Shown here: positions 1-9,180 of the stretch, one piece after another
Position numbering within the stretch: position 1 is the stretch's first letter
Layout of the letters: every line of letters begins with the position of its first letter
Origin: an uncultured delta proteobacterium
GTDB lineage: Bacteria; Myxococcota_A; Polyangia; Polyangiales; B10-G4
Assembly: GCA_963727445.1 (NCBI GenBank)
Contig: CAVSGI010000006.1
Coordinates: forward strand, 64,001 to 128,000
Reading direction: 5' to 3'
DNA: 64,000 nt
Notes under the pieces: generated by a model
What the model saw: only the letters and a program-made list of their open reading frames with translations
Databases searched by the model: none
What the model was told of the DNA's origin: nothing
Made by a program: the position numbers and the translations under genes

Positions 1-1155
1 CATGAGACCACGCTCGAAGGCCGCGCGGGAGACGGCGGCGGCGCGCTCCGGCCGCGCGAAGACGAGGCCGCGGATGAGTCCGAGGCCCCGCTGCTCTACC
101 ACCACGTCGGGACGTCGGGCCACCATCTCCGAGAGCCTGCCCGACGTCTGTTGCGCCTTCTTTTCGACGCCACGCCGCAGGCGGTCGTCCCGCCAGTGAT
201 GGTCGAGGGCCGCGGTCGCCGTCACGAAGGCGAGGTTGTGACCCCGGAAGGTGCCGTTGTGCTCTCCCGGCTTCCACACGTCGAGATCGGGCCGGATGAG
301 CACCACGCTGAGCGGCGTGCCGTATCCGCTGAGCGACTTGCTGAGCGTCACGATGTCGGGGCGGATGCCTGCGCGGTCGAAGCTGAAGAAGGGGCCCGTG
401 CGCCCGCAGCCGACCTGGATGTCGTCCACGACGAGCAGCACGCCGTGGCTTCGGCAGATGGCCTCGAGGCGCTGGAGCCAGTCGACGGAGGCGACGTTGA
501 CACCGCCCTCGGCCTGCACCGTCTCGAGGATCACCGCCGCGGGCTTGTCGAGGCCGCTCGAACAATCGGAGAGCATGCTCTCGAAGAGCTCGAGGGTGTC
601 GGTGTCACCGCCGAGATAGCCGTCGAAGGGCACCGTGGTGGCGTGGGAGAGCGGGACGCCGGCACCGAAGCGCTTGCCGGCGTTGCCGGTCATCGCCAGC
701 GAGCCGAGGGTCATGCCGTGAAAGCCGTTGGTGAAGCACACCACGTTCGTCCGTTCGGTCACCTTGCGCGCCAGCTTCAGCGCGGACTCCACGGCGTTGG
801 TGCCGGTGGGACCCGGGAACATGACGCGGTACTCGAGACCGCGGGGCCTCAGGACCAGCTCTTCGAGGCGCTCGAGAAAGGCGCGCTTGGCCGAGGTGTG
901 AAGGTCGAGGCTGTGGGTGATGCCGTCCTGGGAGAGGTAATCGACGAGCGCCTTCTTCAGCTCGGGCGGGTTGTGGCCGTAGTTGAGGGCGCCGGCGCCG
1001 GCGAAGAAGTCGATGTAGCGTCGCCCTCGCTCGTCCACGAGCTCGTGGCCCTGGGCCGACTCGAAGACGGTGGGGAAGGAGCGGCAGTAGCCGCGGACGC
1101 GGGATTCGAGTCGCGTGAAGGTGCTCTTGTCGTTTCGTCTGTTGGGTGGGGTCAT
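1..1155 (-). CDS. ectB: Diaminobutyrate--2-oxoglutarate transaminase (ectoine synthesis); 3' end beyond the window edge
   Basis: Not in the ORF track (no stop in window). Manual minus-strand translation from ATG 1155: MTPPNRRNDKSTFTRLESRVRGYCRSFPTVF...IDFFAGAGALNYGHNP...FPGPTGTNAVESALKLARK...FTNGFHGMTLGSLA, typical EctB motifs. Start overlaps the ectA stop. Confidence 0.93.
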   Translation of the reverse strand, partial: MTPPNRRNDKSTFTRLESRVRGYCRSFPTVFESAQGHELVDERGRRYIDFFAGAGALNYGHNPPELKKALVDYLSQDGITHSLDLHTSAKRAFLERLEELVLRPRGLEYRVMFPGPTGTNAVESALKLARKVTERTNVVCFTNGFHGMTLGSLAMTGNAGKRFGAGVPLSHATTVPFDGYLGGDTDTLELFESMLSDCSSGLDKPAAVILETVQAEGGVNVASVDWLQRLEAICRSHGVLLVVDDIQVGCGRTGPFFSFDRAGIRPDIVTLSKSLSGYGTPLSVVLIRPDLDVWKPGEHNGTFRGHNLAFVTATAALDHHWRDDRLRRGVEKKAQQTSGRLSEMVARRPDVVVEQRGLGLIRGLVFARPERAAAVSRAAFERGLM

Positions 1156-1667
1156 GCGAAGGGTCCGATTCGAACGAGTTGCTCGGGTGCGTGGTCGTTG
1201 GCGAAGAGATGCCCGGGGTAGCCGCGGCGCCAGGCGAACCCGGCGCTCTTTCGTTTGGCGAAGGACTCGAAGAGACTCCGGCTCGCCGCGTTGTCTGGCG
1301 TCACCGTGGCTTCGAGGAAGCGCACGCCTTCGCATCCCTTTGCGGCGACCAGGGCGTCCAACAGACGGCTCCCGATGCCCGCTCCGCGGGCCGATGGGCG
1401 GATCCCGATCTGCCAGACGAAGACGGTGTCCGGTCGCTCGGGTGGGCGATACGCCCCCACGAATCCGACGAGCTCGCCTGCCCGCTCGGCGACGAGCGTG
1501 GTCGCGGCGAAGTGGTCGCAGAGCAGGATGTAGGCGTAACAGGTGTTGAGCTCGAGACCGCCGCTCTCCTTCACCAGTCGATGGATGCGCGGCGCGTCTT
1601 CGAGGCGCGAGGCACGATATGCGATCCGTCCCTCGACCGAGGGCTCGTGGGCGTCGACGGTCTCCAT
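1152..1667 (-). CDS. ectA: Diaminobutyrate acetyltransferase (GNAT)
   Basis: C-terminal part of ORF 1152..2603: METVDAH...LELNTCYAYILLCDHFAATTLVAE...VFVWQIGI...LEATVTPDNAASRSLF, EctA signature; lies between ask and ectB. Confidence 0.92.
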   Translation of the reverse strand: METVDAHEPSVEGRIAYRASRLEDAPRIHRLVKESGGLELNTCYAYILLCDHFAATTLVAERAGELVGFVGAYRPPERPDTVFVWQIGIRPSARGAGIGSRLLDALVAAKGCEGVRFLEATVTPDNAASRSLFESFAKRKSAGFAWRRGYPGHLFANDHAPEQLVRIGPFA

Positions 1668-2956
1668 CAGGCGGCCACCTCTGCCTCGCCCGTGATGAAG
1701 CGGTCGTGCACGCACTGGACGGCGCGGTCCACGTCGTCTCGCGCGACCAGGCAGGTCAACGCCTCTCTCGAGGTGAAGCTGGTGGCGACCTCGACGCCCT
1801 CGGTGCGGAGCGCGTCCAGCGCGGTGAGCAGGGCGGCGGGCTCGTCGCCCACGCCGAGACCCACGGCGCTCACCGATCCCAGCCCCTGCTCGACGATCAG
1901 ACCGGCGCCTTTGAACCGCTCCTCGAGCGCCGACGCGAATTCGCCCGCGCTCGGGATGTTCTCCGTCGCCACCACGATGTCGAAGCGCTGCCTTTGCGGC
2001 TCGACCCCGCTCGAGAGCACGTCGCAACCATCGAGGGATCTCAGCACCGCGTCGGTGCAAGCGTCGCAGCCCTGTCCTTCGCAGCGCACGCGCAGGAGGT
2101 CCTTGCGGCCAGCGACGCCGGTGACGCCGTAGGCGTTGAGCTCGCGAAGTCGATCCTTCGGACCGTCGTCGGCTCGCTCGACCTTGGTGTGGTTGTCGGC
2201 GCCGAAAGTGGAGCGCGCGTAGATGGCGATCTGATGACGTCGGGCGAACTCCACCGCCTGCGCGTTCAGCACGCGGGCGCCCTGTCGGGAGAGCTCCTGC
2301 ATCTCTTCGTAGCAGAGCTGGTCCATCCGCACGGCGTCGACGACCACGCGCGGGTCGGCGCTGTAGATCCCGTCCACGTCGCTGAAGATGTCGCAGTGGT
2401 GCGCGTCGAGCGCGGCCGCCAGAGCGACCGCGGTGGTGTCGCTTCCGCCGCGACCGAGCGTCGTGATCTCGTCGCGGTAGCTCGCGCCCTGGAAACCGGC
2501 GACGACCACGACGCGGCCGTGCGCCAGCTCGTCTTCGATGCGGAACGGCCGCACCTCCACGATGCGCGCGTTGGTGTGATTGTCGTTGGTGAGGATCCCG
2601 CACTGGGTGCCCGTGAGCGAGATCGCCGAAACACCTTCCTCGGCGATGGCCATGGCGAGCAGCGACATGCTGATCCGCTCACCGCTGGTGAGCAGCATGT
2701 CCATCTCGCGCAGGGGCGCGCTCGTGGTGATGGACTGAGCGCGCTCGACGAGCTCGTCGGTGGTGTCACCCATGGCCGAGACGACCACCACCACGTCCCA
2801 GCCTTCACGCCGGGTGTCGGCGATCTTCTTGGCGACGCGCCGGAGGTGGCCGACCGTGGCGACCGAGGATCCTCCGTATTTCTGAACGACCAGTCTTCGC
2901 TCCGGACGCGGTTTGGCGGCGCGCGCCTCTGCCATGAGATGGCTCGTGCGATCCAT
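1667..2956 (-). CDS. ask: Aspartate kinase (ectoine-cluster associated)
   Basis: [47 protein letters not shown] motifs and C-terminal ACT-like region; GGAGG RBS before ATG 2956. Confidence 0.92.
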   Translation of the reverse strand: MDRTSHLMAEARAAKPRPERRLVVQKYGGSSVATVGHLRRVAKKIADTRREGWDVVVVVSAMGDTTDELVERAQSITTSAPLREMDMLLTSGERISMSLLAMAIAEEGVSAISLTGTQCGILTNDNHTNARIVEVRPFRIEDELAHGRVVVVAGFQGASYRDEITTLGRGGSDTTAVALAAALDAHHCDIFSDVDGIYSADPRVVVDAVRMDQLCYEEMQELSRQGARVLNAQAVEFARRHQIAIYARSTFGADNHTKVERADDGPKDRLRELNAYGVTGVAGRKDLLRVRCEGQGCDACTDAVLRSLDGCDVLSSGVEPQRQRFDIVVATENIPSAGEFASALEERFKGAGLIVEQGLGSVSAVGLGVGDEPAALLTALDALRTEGVEVATSFTSREALTCLVARDDVDRAVQCVHDRFITGEAEVAA

Positions 2957-3014
2957 GTTCCTCCCGTGAGGTTTGGCCGAAGAGCGAAAGCGCTCTCCGT
3001 GAGGGGAGGGTATC

Positions 3015-3028
3015 CTTTGCACACAAAA
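3015..3028. promoter_or_regulatory. Candidate MarR operator upstream of ask-ectAB (CTTTGCACACAAAA)
   Basis: AT-rich TTTG-N4-CAAA palindrome, matching CTTTGAGTACAAAA at 8189-8202. Confidence 0.45.
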
Positions 3029-3105
3029 GAAAAATTGCCAAGCGATTTCGCAGAAATTGCGTCAAAATCCCCGTCCTTGGACCCTTGATCGTTTGAGAAC
3101 GAAGT

Positions 3106-4527
3106 TTATTGGGCGATTTCCGCGTCGTCTTCGAGGCCCCATCGGCGGCCCAGCGCGTAGATCGCGAAGCCAGCCAGCATCCCTGGCGCGACCTCGTAGA
3201 CGAGGCTGCTGAGCCCGAACTCGCGCCACAGGACGGTGACCGCGACCCCGCCCACCACCATCAAGACGGCGACTGGCTCACTCACCCGTTTGTCGAAGGC
3301 ATAGAGGAAGAGGATCGGCCCGAAAGCGGCGCCGAGCACGGACCAGGCGATCAACACCAGGCTGAAGACGTTCGAGGTCCCGAAGAGCGCGACCGCCAGC
3401 GCGAGGCAGGCGACGATCAACGTTCCTGCCTTCGTGACAAGCGAGGTGTCGTAGCGCTTGGGCAGGATGTCGCGCGTGAGCGCGGCCGAGCAGCTGAGGA
3501 TCTGCGAGTCCGCGGTGCTCATGGTCGCCGCGAAGAGACCCGCGAGGACGACGCCGACGAGGATCTCGGGCAGGTGCTCCATCGCGAGCGTGGGCATCGC
3601 GAGCTCGGGATCGAAGGCGTCGGTCTCCGGCAAGAGGATGCGCGCGGTGAGTCCCACGCCGATGGCGCAGAGGTAGAAGAGGATGTACCAGGCGTAGTAA
3701 TAGACGCGCACGCGCATCAGATGCTTCGGCTCGTCCAATGTCATGTAGCGGATGACGATGTGCGGCTGACCCGCGACGCCGAACCCGGCGAAGAACCAGC
3801 CCATGATGAAGAGTACGGGGCCGAGCGCACCCTCCACAGGCAGGTCGGGCGGCGTCAGCGACATGTACGTGTCGGAGACGGCGTCGAGGCTCGCGAAGAG
3901 CTCGCTCGGACCGCCGGCGACCCCGATCGTCACGTAGAGCAGCATCGCCATCGCGAAGATCATCACGATCGACTGCGCCGCGTCCGTCCAGATGGAGGCG
4001 CGGATGCCGCCCGCCATGCAGTAGATGACGACGATGACGAAGCCGATGATGGCGCCGGTGGCGTAGTCCCAGCCGAAGAGCACGTGCAGCGCCTTGCTCC
4101 CGGCCTTGAGCTGGGCGGCGGCGTAGGTGCCGAGGAAGACGATGGTGATGATGCCCACCAGGAGCCGCAGCCGCTTGTGCTCGGTGCCGTGCCACCTCGA
4201 GAGAAGGCCGCCGAAGCTCAGGACGTTTCGCTTCTCGGTCATGACCCGGAGCTTGCGGTAGATGACCAGAGAGGCGACGAGGTCTCCGAGGATCCAGCCC
4301 ACCATCAGCCAGATCGACGACAGCCCGACGTCGTAGGTGTAGCCGATCTGGCCCACGAACATGTAGCCGCTGTTGTTGGTGGCGACGGCCGACAGAGCCA
4401 CCAGCCACGGCTTCACGCTGTGGCCGGCGAGGAGGTAGTCCTGGTTGGTGCCTTCGCTCTTGAGGACCGACGCCGCCCCGATGGCGACGAAGGCCAGGAG
4501 GAAGAAGCCGAAGCTGTAGAGGATCAC
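3106..4527 (-). CDS. Sodium:solute (proline/PutP-like, SSS family) symporter
   Basis: Hydrophobic multi-TM protein starting GTG ILYSFGFF; motifs DYLLAG, ALSAVATNNSGYMFVG, GQPHIVIRYM, AATMSTADSQ; start overlaps the sdmt stop. Confidence 0.9.
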   Translation of the reverse strand: MILYSFGFFLLAFVAIGAASVLKSEGTNQDYLLAGHSVKPWLVALSAVATNNSGYMFVGQIGYTYDVGLSSIWLMVGWILGDLVASLVIYRKLRVMTEKRNVLSFGGLLSRWHGTEHKRLRLLVGIITIVFLGTYAAAQLKAGSKALHVLFGWDYATGAIIGFVIVVIYCMAGGIRASIWTDAAQSIVMIFAMAMLLYVTIGVAGGPSELFASLDAVSDTYMSLTPPDLPVEGALGPVLFIMGWFFAGFGVAGQPHIVIRYMTLDEPKHLMRVRVYYYAWYILFYLCAIGVGLTARILLPETDAFDPELAMPTLAMEHLPEILVGVVLAGLFAATMSTADSQILSCSAALTRDILPKRYDTSLVTKAGTLIVACLALAVALFGTSNVFSLVLIAWSVLGAAFGPILFLYAFDKRVSEPVAVLMVVGGVAVTVLWREFGLSSLVYEVAPGMLAGFAIYALGRRWGLEDDAEIAQ

Positions 4528-5366
4528 CCTGGTTTCCGGAAATGGAAGACGCCCCAGACCAGGTGCCCCGCCTTGCCGCCGTCGATCCAGTGTCTCAGGC
4601 CGGAGCGCATGCGTTCGAGGTATCCCTTGCTGATCTCGCCGGTGAGGCTCTTCTCGCGCGCCTCGGTCTCTTCGAGCACGCGCGAGTAGTGGGTGACCAG
4701 CTGAACCGTGAGGTCTTCGAAGCCGACCTCGCGCAGCCCTGCTTTGCGCGCGGCGTCGCGATAGAACTTTGGTGAGCCGAGGCTCTCGAGGTGGATGCGG
4801 TCCAGGATCGGCGTCAGCACGCTCGGGTCGCATCGATCGGACTGCATCGGGTCGGTGAACACCAGGTTGCCTCCCTTGGCGAGGACGCGGGCGATCTCGG
4901 TGATGACACGCGCGCGGTCGCCCGCGTGGAGGATCGCGTCCTGGGACCACACCAGGTCGAAGGAGGCCGGCGGCCGCGCGATGGTCTCGAAGCTGCCCAG
5001 CACCACGTCGATGCGATCCGTGAGGCCCGCCTGCTCGTTGAGCTCGCGCGCGCGTGCGTTTTCCACGTCGCTGATGTTGATGGCCGTGACCTTGCAGCCG
5101 TACTTCGCCGCGAGGTAGCGGGCCGCGCCGCAGTAACCCGAGCCCAGATCTGCGACCGAGGTGGACTCGCCGAGCCCCTCGACCCGCGAGGCCAGGCGTT
5201 CGATGGTCCGGCGGCTCGCGGTGGCGATGTCGTCCTTCGCTCCTTCGTAGATGCCGATGTGGATGTCCTCGCCGCCCCAGACCGCGCTGTAGAAGCGGTC
5301 AGCGTCGTCGCTGTCGTAGTAGTCCCGCGCCGTGGTCACAGCCGACTGCATGTTCGCTCTGGTCAT
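4524..5366 (-). CDS. sdmt: Sarcosine/dimethylglycine N-methyltransferase
   Basis: YYDSDDADRFYSAVWGGEDIHIGIY, SAM motif DLGSGYCG, WSQDAILH, FTDPMQ; directly downstream of gsmt. Confidence 0.9.
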   Translation of the reverse strand: MTRANMQSAVTTARDYYDSDDADRFYSAVWGGEDIHIGIYEGAKDDIATASRRTIERLASRVEGLGESTSVADLGSGYCGAARYLAAKYGCKVTAINISDVENARARELNEQAGLTDRIDVVLGSFETIARPPASFDLVWSQDAILHAGDRARVITEIARVLAKGGNLVFTDPMQSDRCDPSVLTPILDRIHLESLGSPKFYRDAARKAGLREVGFEDLTVQLVTHYSRVLEETEAREKSLTGEISKGYLERMRSGLRHWIDGGKAGHLVWGVFHFRKPG

Positions 5367-6166
5367 GCTCGCTCCTTACCGGTGGCGTAACGCTTCTCGG
5401 CGACGTGGATGAAGAAGTCCGGGTCCTCCTCGCGATGCGTCTCCTGAAAGTCGCCGTAGGACTCGACGTGCTGAAATCCGACCTCGCGCATGAGCCTCTG
5501 CACGTACTTCTGCCGGAGCGGAAACATGTTGAGGTGGTAGGTGCCCCCGTCGGGGAAGCTGTACTCGAAGCGCGCGAGCCCGGGGTCCACGTACTCTGGT
5601 TTCACCGAGACGTCCTCGCCGCAGTAGTAGTAGATGTGCTTGGACGAGTACCCGTTGTCGAGGATCGCGTCGTAGTTGCGTTGATCGAGGACCAGCACTC
5701 CGTCGTGGCGCAGTGCTGCGTAGAACTCCGCCAGCGCCTTGCGTCGATCGTTTTCGTCGAAGAGGTGAGTGAAGGAGTTTCCGAGGCAGATGACGGCGTC
5801 GAACTTGCCGTGGATGTCACGGTTCAACCAGCGCCAGTCCGCGCGTACGGTGCGCAGCACGTGACCACGTCGCTTGGCGTTTTCGAAGGCCTTGTAGAGC
5901 ATCTGGGCGCTTCCGTCGGCGCTCACCACGTCGAAGCCCGCTTCGATGAGCCGCACCGAGTGAAAGCCGGTGCCGGTGGCCACGTCGAGGACCTTCTTGG
6001 CCCCCCGCGCTTTCAGCTGTTCGATGAAGAACTGCCCCTCGGTCTCGGCTCGCGCATCCCAGTCGATGAGCTCGTCCCACTTCTGCACGAATGCCTGTAC
6101 GTATTCTTCCCGGTAGTGGTCCGTGTCGCGGACTTCGAGCGGTTGTTCTCCAAAGGATTGGCTCAT
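5363..6166 (-). CDS. gsmt: Glycine/sarcosine N-methyltransferase
   Basis: PLEVRDTDHYREEYV..FVQKWDELIDW, LDVATGTGFHS, ICLGNSFTHLF, DQRNYDAILD, YYYCG: GSMT signature. Confidence 0.92.
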   Translation of the reverse strand: MSQSFGEQPLEVRDTDHYREEYVQAFVQKWDELIDWDARAETEGQFFIEQLKARGAKKVLDVATGTGFHSVRLIEAGFDVVSADGSAQMLYKAFENAKRRGHVLRTVRADWRWLNRDIHGKFDAVICLGNSFTHLFDENDRRKALAEFYAALRHDGVLVLDQRNYDAILDNGYSSKHIYYYCGEDVSVKPEYVDPGLARFEYSFPDGGTYHLNMFPLRQKYVQRLMREVGFQHVESYGDFQETHREEDPDFFIHVAEKRYATGKERA

Positions 6167-8146
6167 TCATTCTCCGATCGTGATCTCGGTGGTCGGGGGT
6201 AGGGGGCGTGGGGGCTCGGTGGTGTTCGTGGCGAGCTCGGCGTGGACGATGTGGATGCCGAGGAGCTGGTTCAGCAGCGCGTCGTTCTGCACCGCCGTCA
6301 CCGCGTCGGTGGTCGTGGCGCGCTGCTCCAGGAGCTCACGGACCTTGGCCGGGTCGAAATGTCCGAGCGCCTCGATGGCGTCGGGGTTCAGGTACCGCTC
6401 GACGAGCGCGGCGATGGCGCCGCGCTTCTTCGGGTCGGTGTGGCTCGGAGGCGCCATGAACGCGAACTTCTGACGCTCGTAGAGAGAGCGCGGCAGGACG
6501 TGCTTCATCGCTTCGCGCAGGATCCACTTCTCGACTCCCTCTCGGATCCGGAGCATCGGTGGGACGCGGGTGGCGACGGCCGCGAGTCGGTGATCGAGGA
6601 AGGCCGGTCGCGCCTCTACCGAGTGCGCCATGTCCATCCGGTCCCCGCTCCATCCGAGGACCTGGCTCTCCATCAGCGTCTTGACGTAGGTGTACTGCGC
6701 CTTGTCGAGGGCGTGGCGGCCCGCGAGCATGTTGCCGTCGAGGCGCGTCGCGGATTCGGTGATCGGATCGTAATCGGCGAGCTCGGCGCGGAGCTCGTCG
6801 CTCAGCAGGGCGCGGGCGCGAGTCAGGGTGGCCATCCAGGGGTGAAGCCAAGCGGGTGTGAAACCGCAGAGTGTCTCGAAGGCCGGATGGGTCCGGGGCT
6901 CTTCGCTGATCGTCGCGCCGCGAAAGACCGCGTTGTCCTCGAGCACCGAGCCGAGCTCGCCCTCCGCGTCGCCGTGGCGCAGCAGATCCTGCTTGAAGAA
7001 CGGGTAGCCGCCGAAGAGCTCGTCCGAGCCCTCTCCGGTCACCACCACCCGGTAGCCCGCGTCGCGAACCGCGCGGCTCAGATGCCACTTGGCCACGCTG
7101 AAGGGGTTGTAGAAGGCGCGCTCGGCGTGGCGCACCGCGTCCACGTAGCTCTCGCCGTAGAGCGCGTCGGCTTCCAGCGTGAGGATGCGCTGCTCTGCAC
7201 CCAGGCTCTTCGCCATCTCGCGCGCCGGTGCGCTCTCGTCGTAGTCGTCGTCGTCGAAGCCGACGGTGAATGCCTGCACCGGCGACTGTTGCATCGCGTC
7301 CGCGAGGCCGAGGATCGAGCAGCTGTCGATACCCCCGGACAGATAGCAGCCCACCGGGACGTCGGCTTCGAGGCGCACCCGCACCGCGTCGATCAGCGCA
7401 TCGGCGACCGCGCGTTCGTGCGCCTGGGGATCGGTTGCCGCTGGGCGATCGCGCTCCAGGGGAAAGTCGAGGTCCCAATAGGTGCGGTCCCGAACCGTGA
7501 AGCGGCCGCCCTCGCGCGTGATCACCAGCATGTGGCCGGGCTCTACGCTCTCGATCCCCTCGAAGGCCGTGCGGCCGGGGGGCACGAGGTTCATCATCTG
7601 ACCGAGCGTCGCGTGGGCAGACATGCGCCGCGGCACCGCGGGATGGGCGAGGAGCGCTTTGATCTCCGACCCCCAGTAGACGCCGTCGGGCGCGATGTGA
7701 ACGTGCAGCGGTTTGACGCCGAAGCGGTCCCGGACGAGCAGAAGGCGCTCGCGCTCTTCGTCGAAGAGCGCGAAAGCGAACTCACCGCGCAGGGCGTCGA
7801 CGAAGGACAGCCCCTGCTCCTGGTAGAGGGGCAGGGCGATCTCCGAGTCGCTCTTGGTCGACAAGCGATGTCCGCGGCACCTCAGAGCCGCCCGAATCTC
7901 TTTGTACTCGTAGAACTCGCCATTGGCCGTCAACACGGCGCTCCGGTCGCGAAGCGGCTGGCTCCCCGTGTCGAGGTCGATGATCGAAAGGCGGGTATGG
8001 CCCATGGCCAGACCGCGCGATGCATCGAGGTGCATCCCCTGATCGTCCGGGCCCCGGTGGTGAAGGGAGGCCATCATTCGGCGCAAGGCCGAGTTGGCGC
8101 TCTCCTCGAGGGGTCGCGCGACCCAGAATCCTGTGATTCCACACAC
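6167..8146 (-). CDS. asnB: AsnB-family glutamine-dependent amidotransferase
   Basis: GTG start at 8146 gives the Ntn N-terminus (M)CGITG; HRGPD, GHTRLSIID, RDRFGVKP, LSGGIDS, TGEGSDELFGGY. Its TGA abuts the gsmt ATG. Confidence 0.88.
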   Translation of the reverse strand: MCGITGFWVARPLEESANSALRRMMASLHHRGPDDQGMHLDASRGLAMGHTRLSIIDLDTGSQPLRDRSAVLTANGEFYEYKEIRAALRCRGHRLSTKSDSEIALPLYQEQGLSFVDALRGEFAFALFDEERERLLLVRDRFGVKPLHVHIAPDGVYWGSEIKALLAHPAVPRRMSAHATLGQMMNLVPPGRTAFEGIESVEPGHMLVITREGGRFTVRDRTYWDLDFPLERDRPAATDPQAHERAVADALIDAVRVRLEADVPVGCYLSGGIDSCSILGLADAMQQSPVQAFTVGFDDDDYDESAPAREMAKSLGAEQRILTLEADALYGESYVDAVRHAERAFYNPFSVAKWHLSRAVRDAGYRVVVTGEGSDELFGGYPFFKQDLLRHGDAEGELGSVLEDNAVFRGATISEEPRTHPAFETLCGFTPAWLHPWMATLTRARALLSDELRAELADYDPITESATRLDGNMLAGRHALDKAQYTYVKTLMESQVLGWSGDRMDMAHSVEARPAFLDHRLAAVATRVPPMLRIREGVEKWILREAMKHVLPRSLYERQKFAFMAPPSHTDPKKRGAIAALVERYLNPDAIEALGHFDPAKVRELLEQRATTTDAVTAVQNDALLNQLLGIHIVHAELATNTTEPPRPLPPTTEITIGE

Positions 8147-8188
8147 GTACGTCGGCCTACCGGGCGTCCCTCCCGGAGCCCATGAATG

Positions 8189-8202
8189 CTTTGAGTACAA
8201 AA
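8189..8202. promoter_or_regulatory. Candidate MarR operator in the asnB/marR divergent promoter (CTTTGAGTACAAAA)
   Basis: TTTG-N4-CAAA palindrome in an AT-rich intergenic region; similar copy at 3015-3028. Confidence 0.45.
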
Positions 8203-8268
8203 AATATGAACCCAATGCAAATGGGCTGGCGGAGAGGGCTGTCTCCGGTGAAAGCTCGGGGAGCAGCG

Positions 8269-8793
8269 ATGACGAGCCGATACGAGGACAGCATCTTGCG
8301 ATCGCTCCGGCGGATGACGCGCGCCGTGGACCTGCACAGCAAGCAGCTCGCCCGTCATCACAGCCTGACGGGACCGCAGCTGGTCTGCCTGCGTCTGATC
8401 GAGAAGCGGGGTGTGATCACGCCGAGCGAGCTGGCGAAGGGTGTCTCGCTGAGTCAGGGCACGGTGACCGGGATCCTCGAGCGTCTGGCGGCGCGGGATC
8501 TCATCCGGCGCGAGCGCAGCGCCGAGGACAAGCGGAAGATCCTCGTGCAGCTCACCAGCGCCGGGGCCGACCTGGTGAAGACGGCGCCCTCTTCGCTGCA
8601 AGAACAGTTCTCGAAGCGGCTCGCCGCGCTGCCGGAAGGTGAGCAGGCGATGATCGATTGGATCATGCAGCGGGTGGTCACGCTGATGGAGGCGGAGGAC
8701 GTCGACGCTGCGCCGATCATGGCGACCGGCCCGATGTCCGCCGAAGCGGAGGTGGTCGCCGACTTCCTCGACCCGGACGCCGAGCCGACGTAG
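8269..8793 (+). CDS. MarR-family regulator (EctR/CosR-like)
   Basis: ILRSLRRMTRAVDLHSKQL...LTGPQLVCL...SLSQGTVTGILERL...RERSAEDKRK winged HTH; divergent from the osmolyte operon. Confidence 0.88.
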   Translation: MTSRYEDSILRSLRRMTRAVDLHSKQLARHHSLTGPQLVCLRLIEKRGVITPSELAKGVSLSQGTVTGILERLAARDLIRRERSAEDKRKILVQLTSAGADLVKTAPSSLQEQFSKRLAALPEGEQAMIDWIMQRVVTLMEAEDVDAAPIMATGPMSAEAEVVADFLDPDAEPT

Positions 8794-8851
8794 CGCGCGG
8801 TCCGCGCTGGCGGGATCCCGACGCCGAGCCGACGTAGCGCCCGGTCCGCGC
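8776..8851 (+). repeat. 32-bp direct repeat (1 mismatch) duplicating the marR stop region
   Basis: GACGCCGAGCCGACGTAGCGC[G/C]CGGTCCGCGC at 8776-8807 and 8820-8851. Confidence 0.8.
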
Positions 8852-8924
8852 AGCCGGGAAGGTCGAGCATCAGGGGTGCGCCCGCGGGCGGGTGGGGTGG
8901 GGCGGCACGAGTCGACGGAAGTTA

Positions 8925-9180
8925 TCAGCCAGCGTTGGGGCCGCCGAAATCGACGAGGGGATCGTCAGGGTCTTCGTGCGCGATCTCCAGGCAATCCTCG
9001 CAGAAGAAGACCACGCCTCGCACGTCCACCGGCGGGGCGTTGCAACGCCTGCCGCGCATCACACGCTGGCGTCAGCCAGCGTTGGGGCCGCCGAAATCGA
9101 CGAGGGGATCGTCAGGGTCTTCGTGCGCGATCTCCAGGCAATCCTCGCAGAAGAAGACCACGCCTCGCACGTCCACCGGC
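8925..9180. repeat. Exact 109-bp direct repeat: copy of the 3' end of the 9072..9554 gene
   Basis: 8925-9033 matches 9072-9180 (TCAGCCAGCGTTGGGG...CACGTCCACCGGC); the 38-bp spacer contains the palindrome GGCGTTGCAACGCC. Confidence 0.9.
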
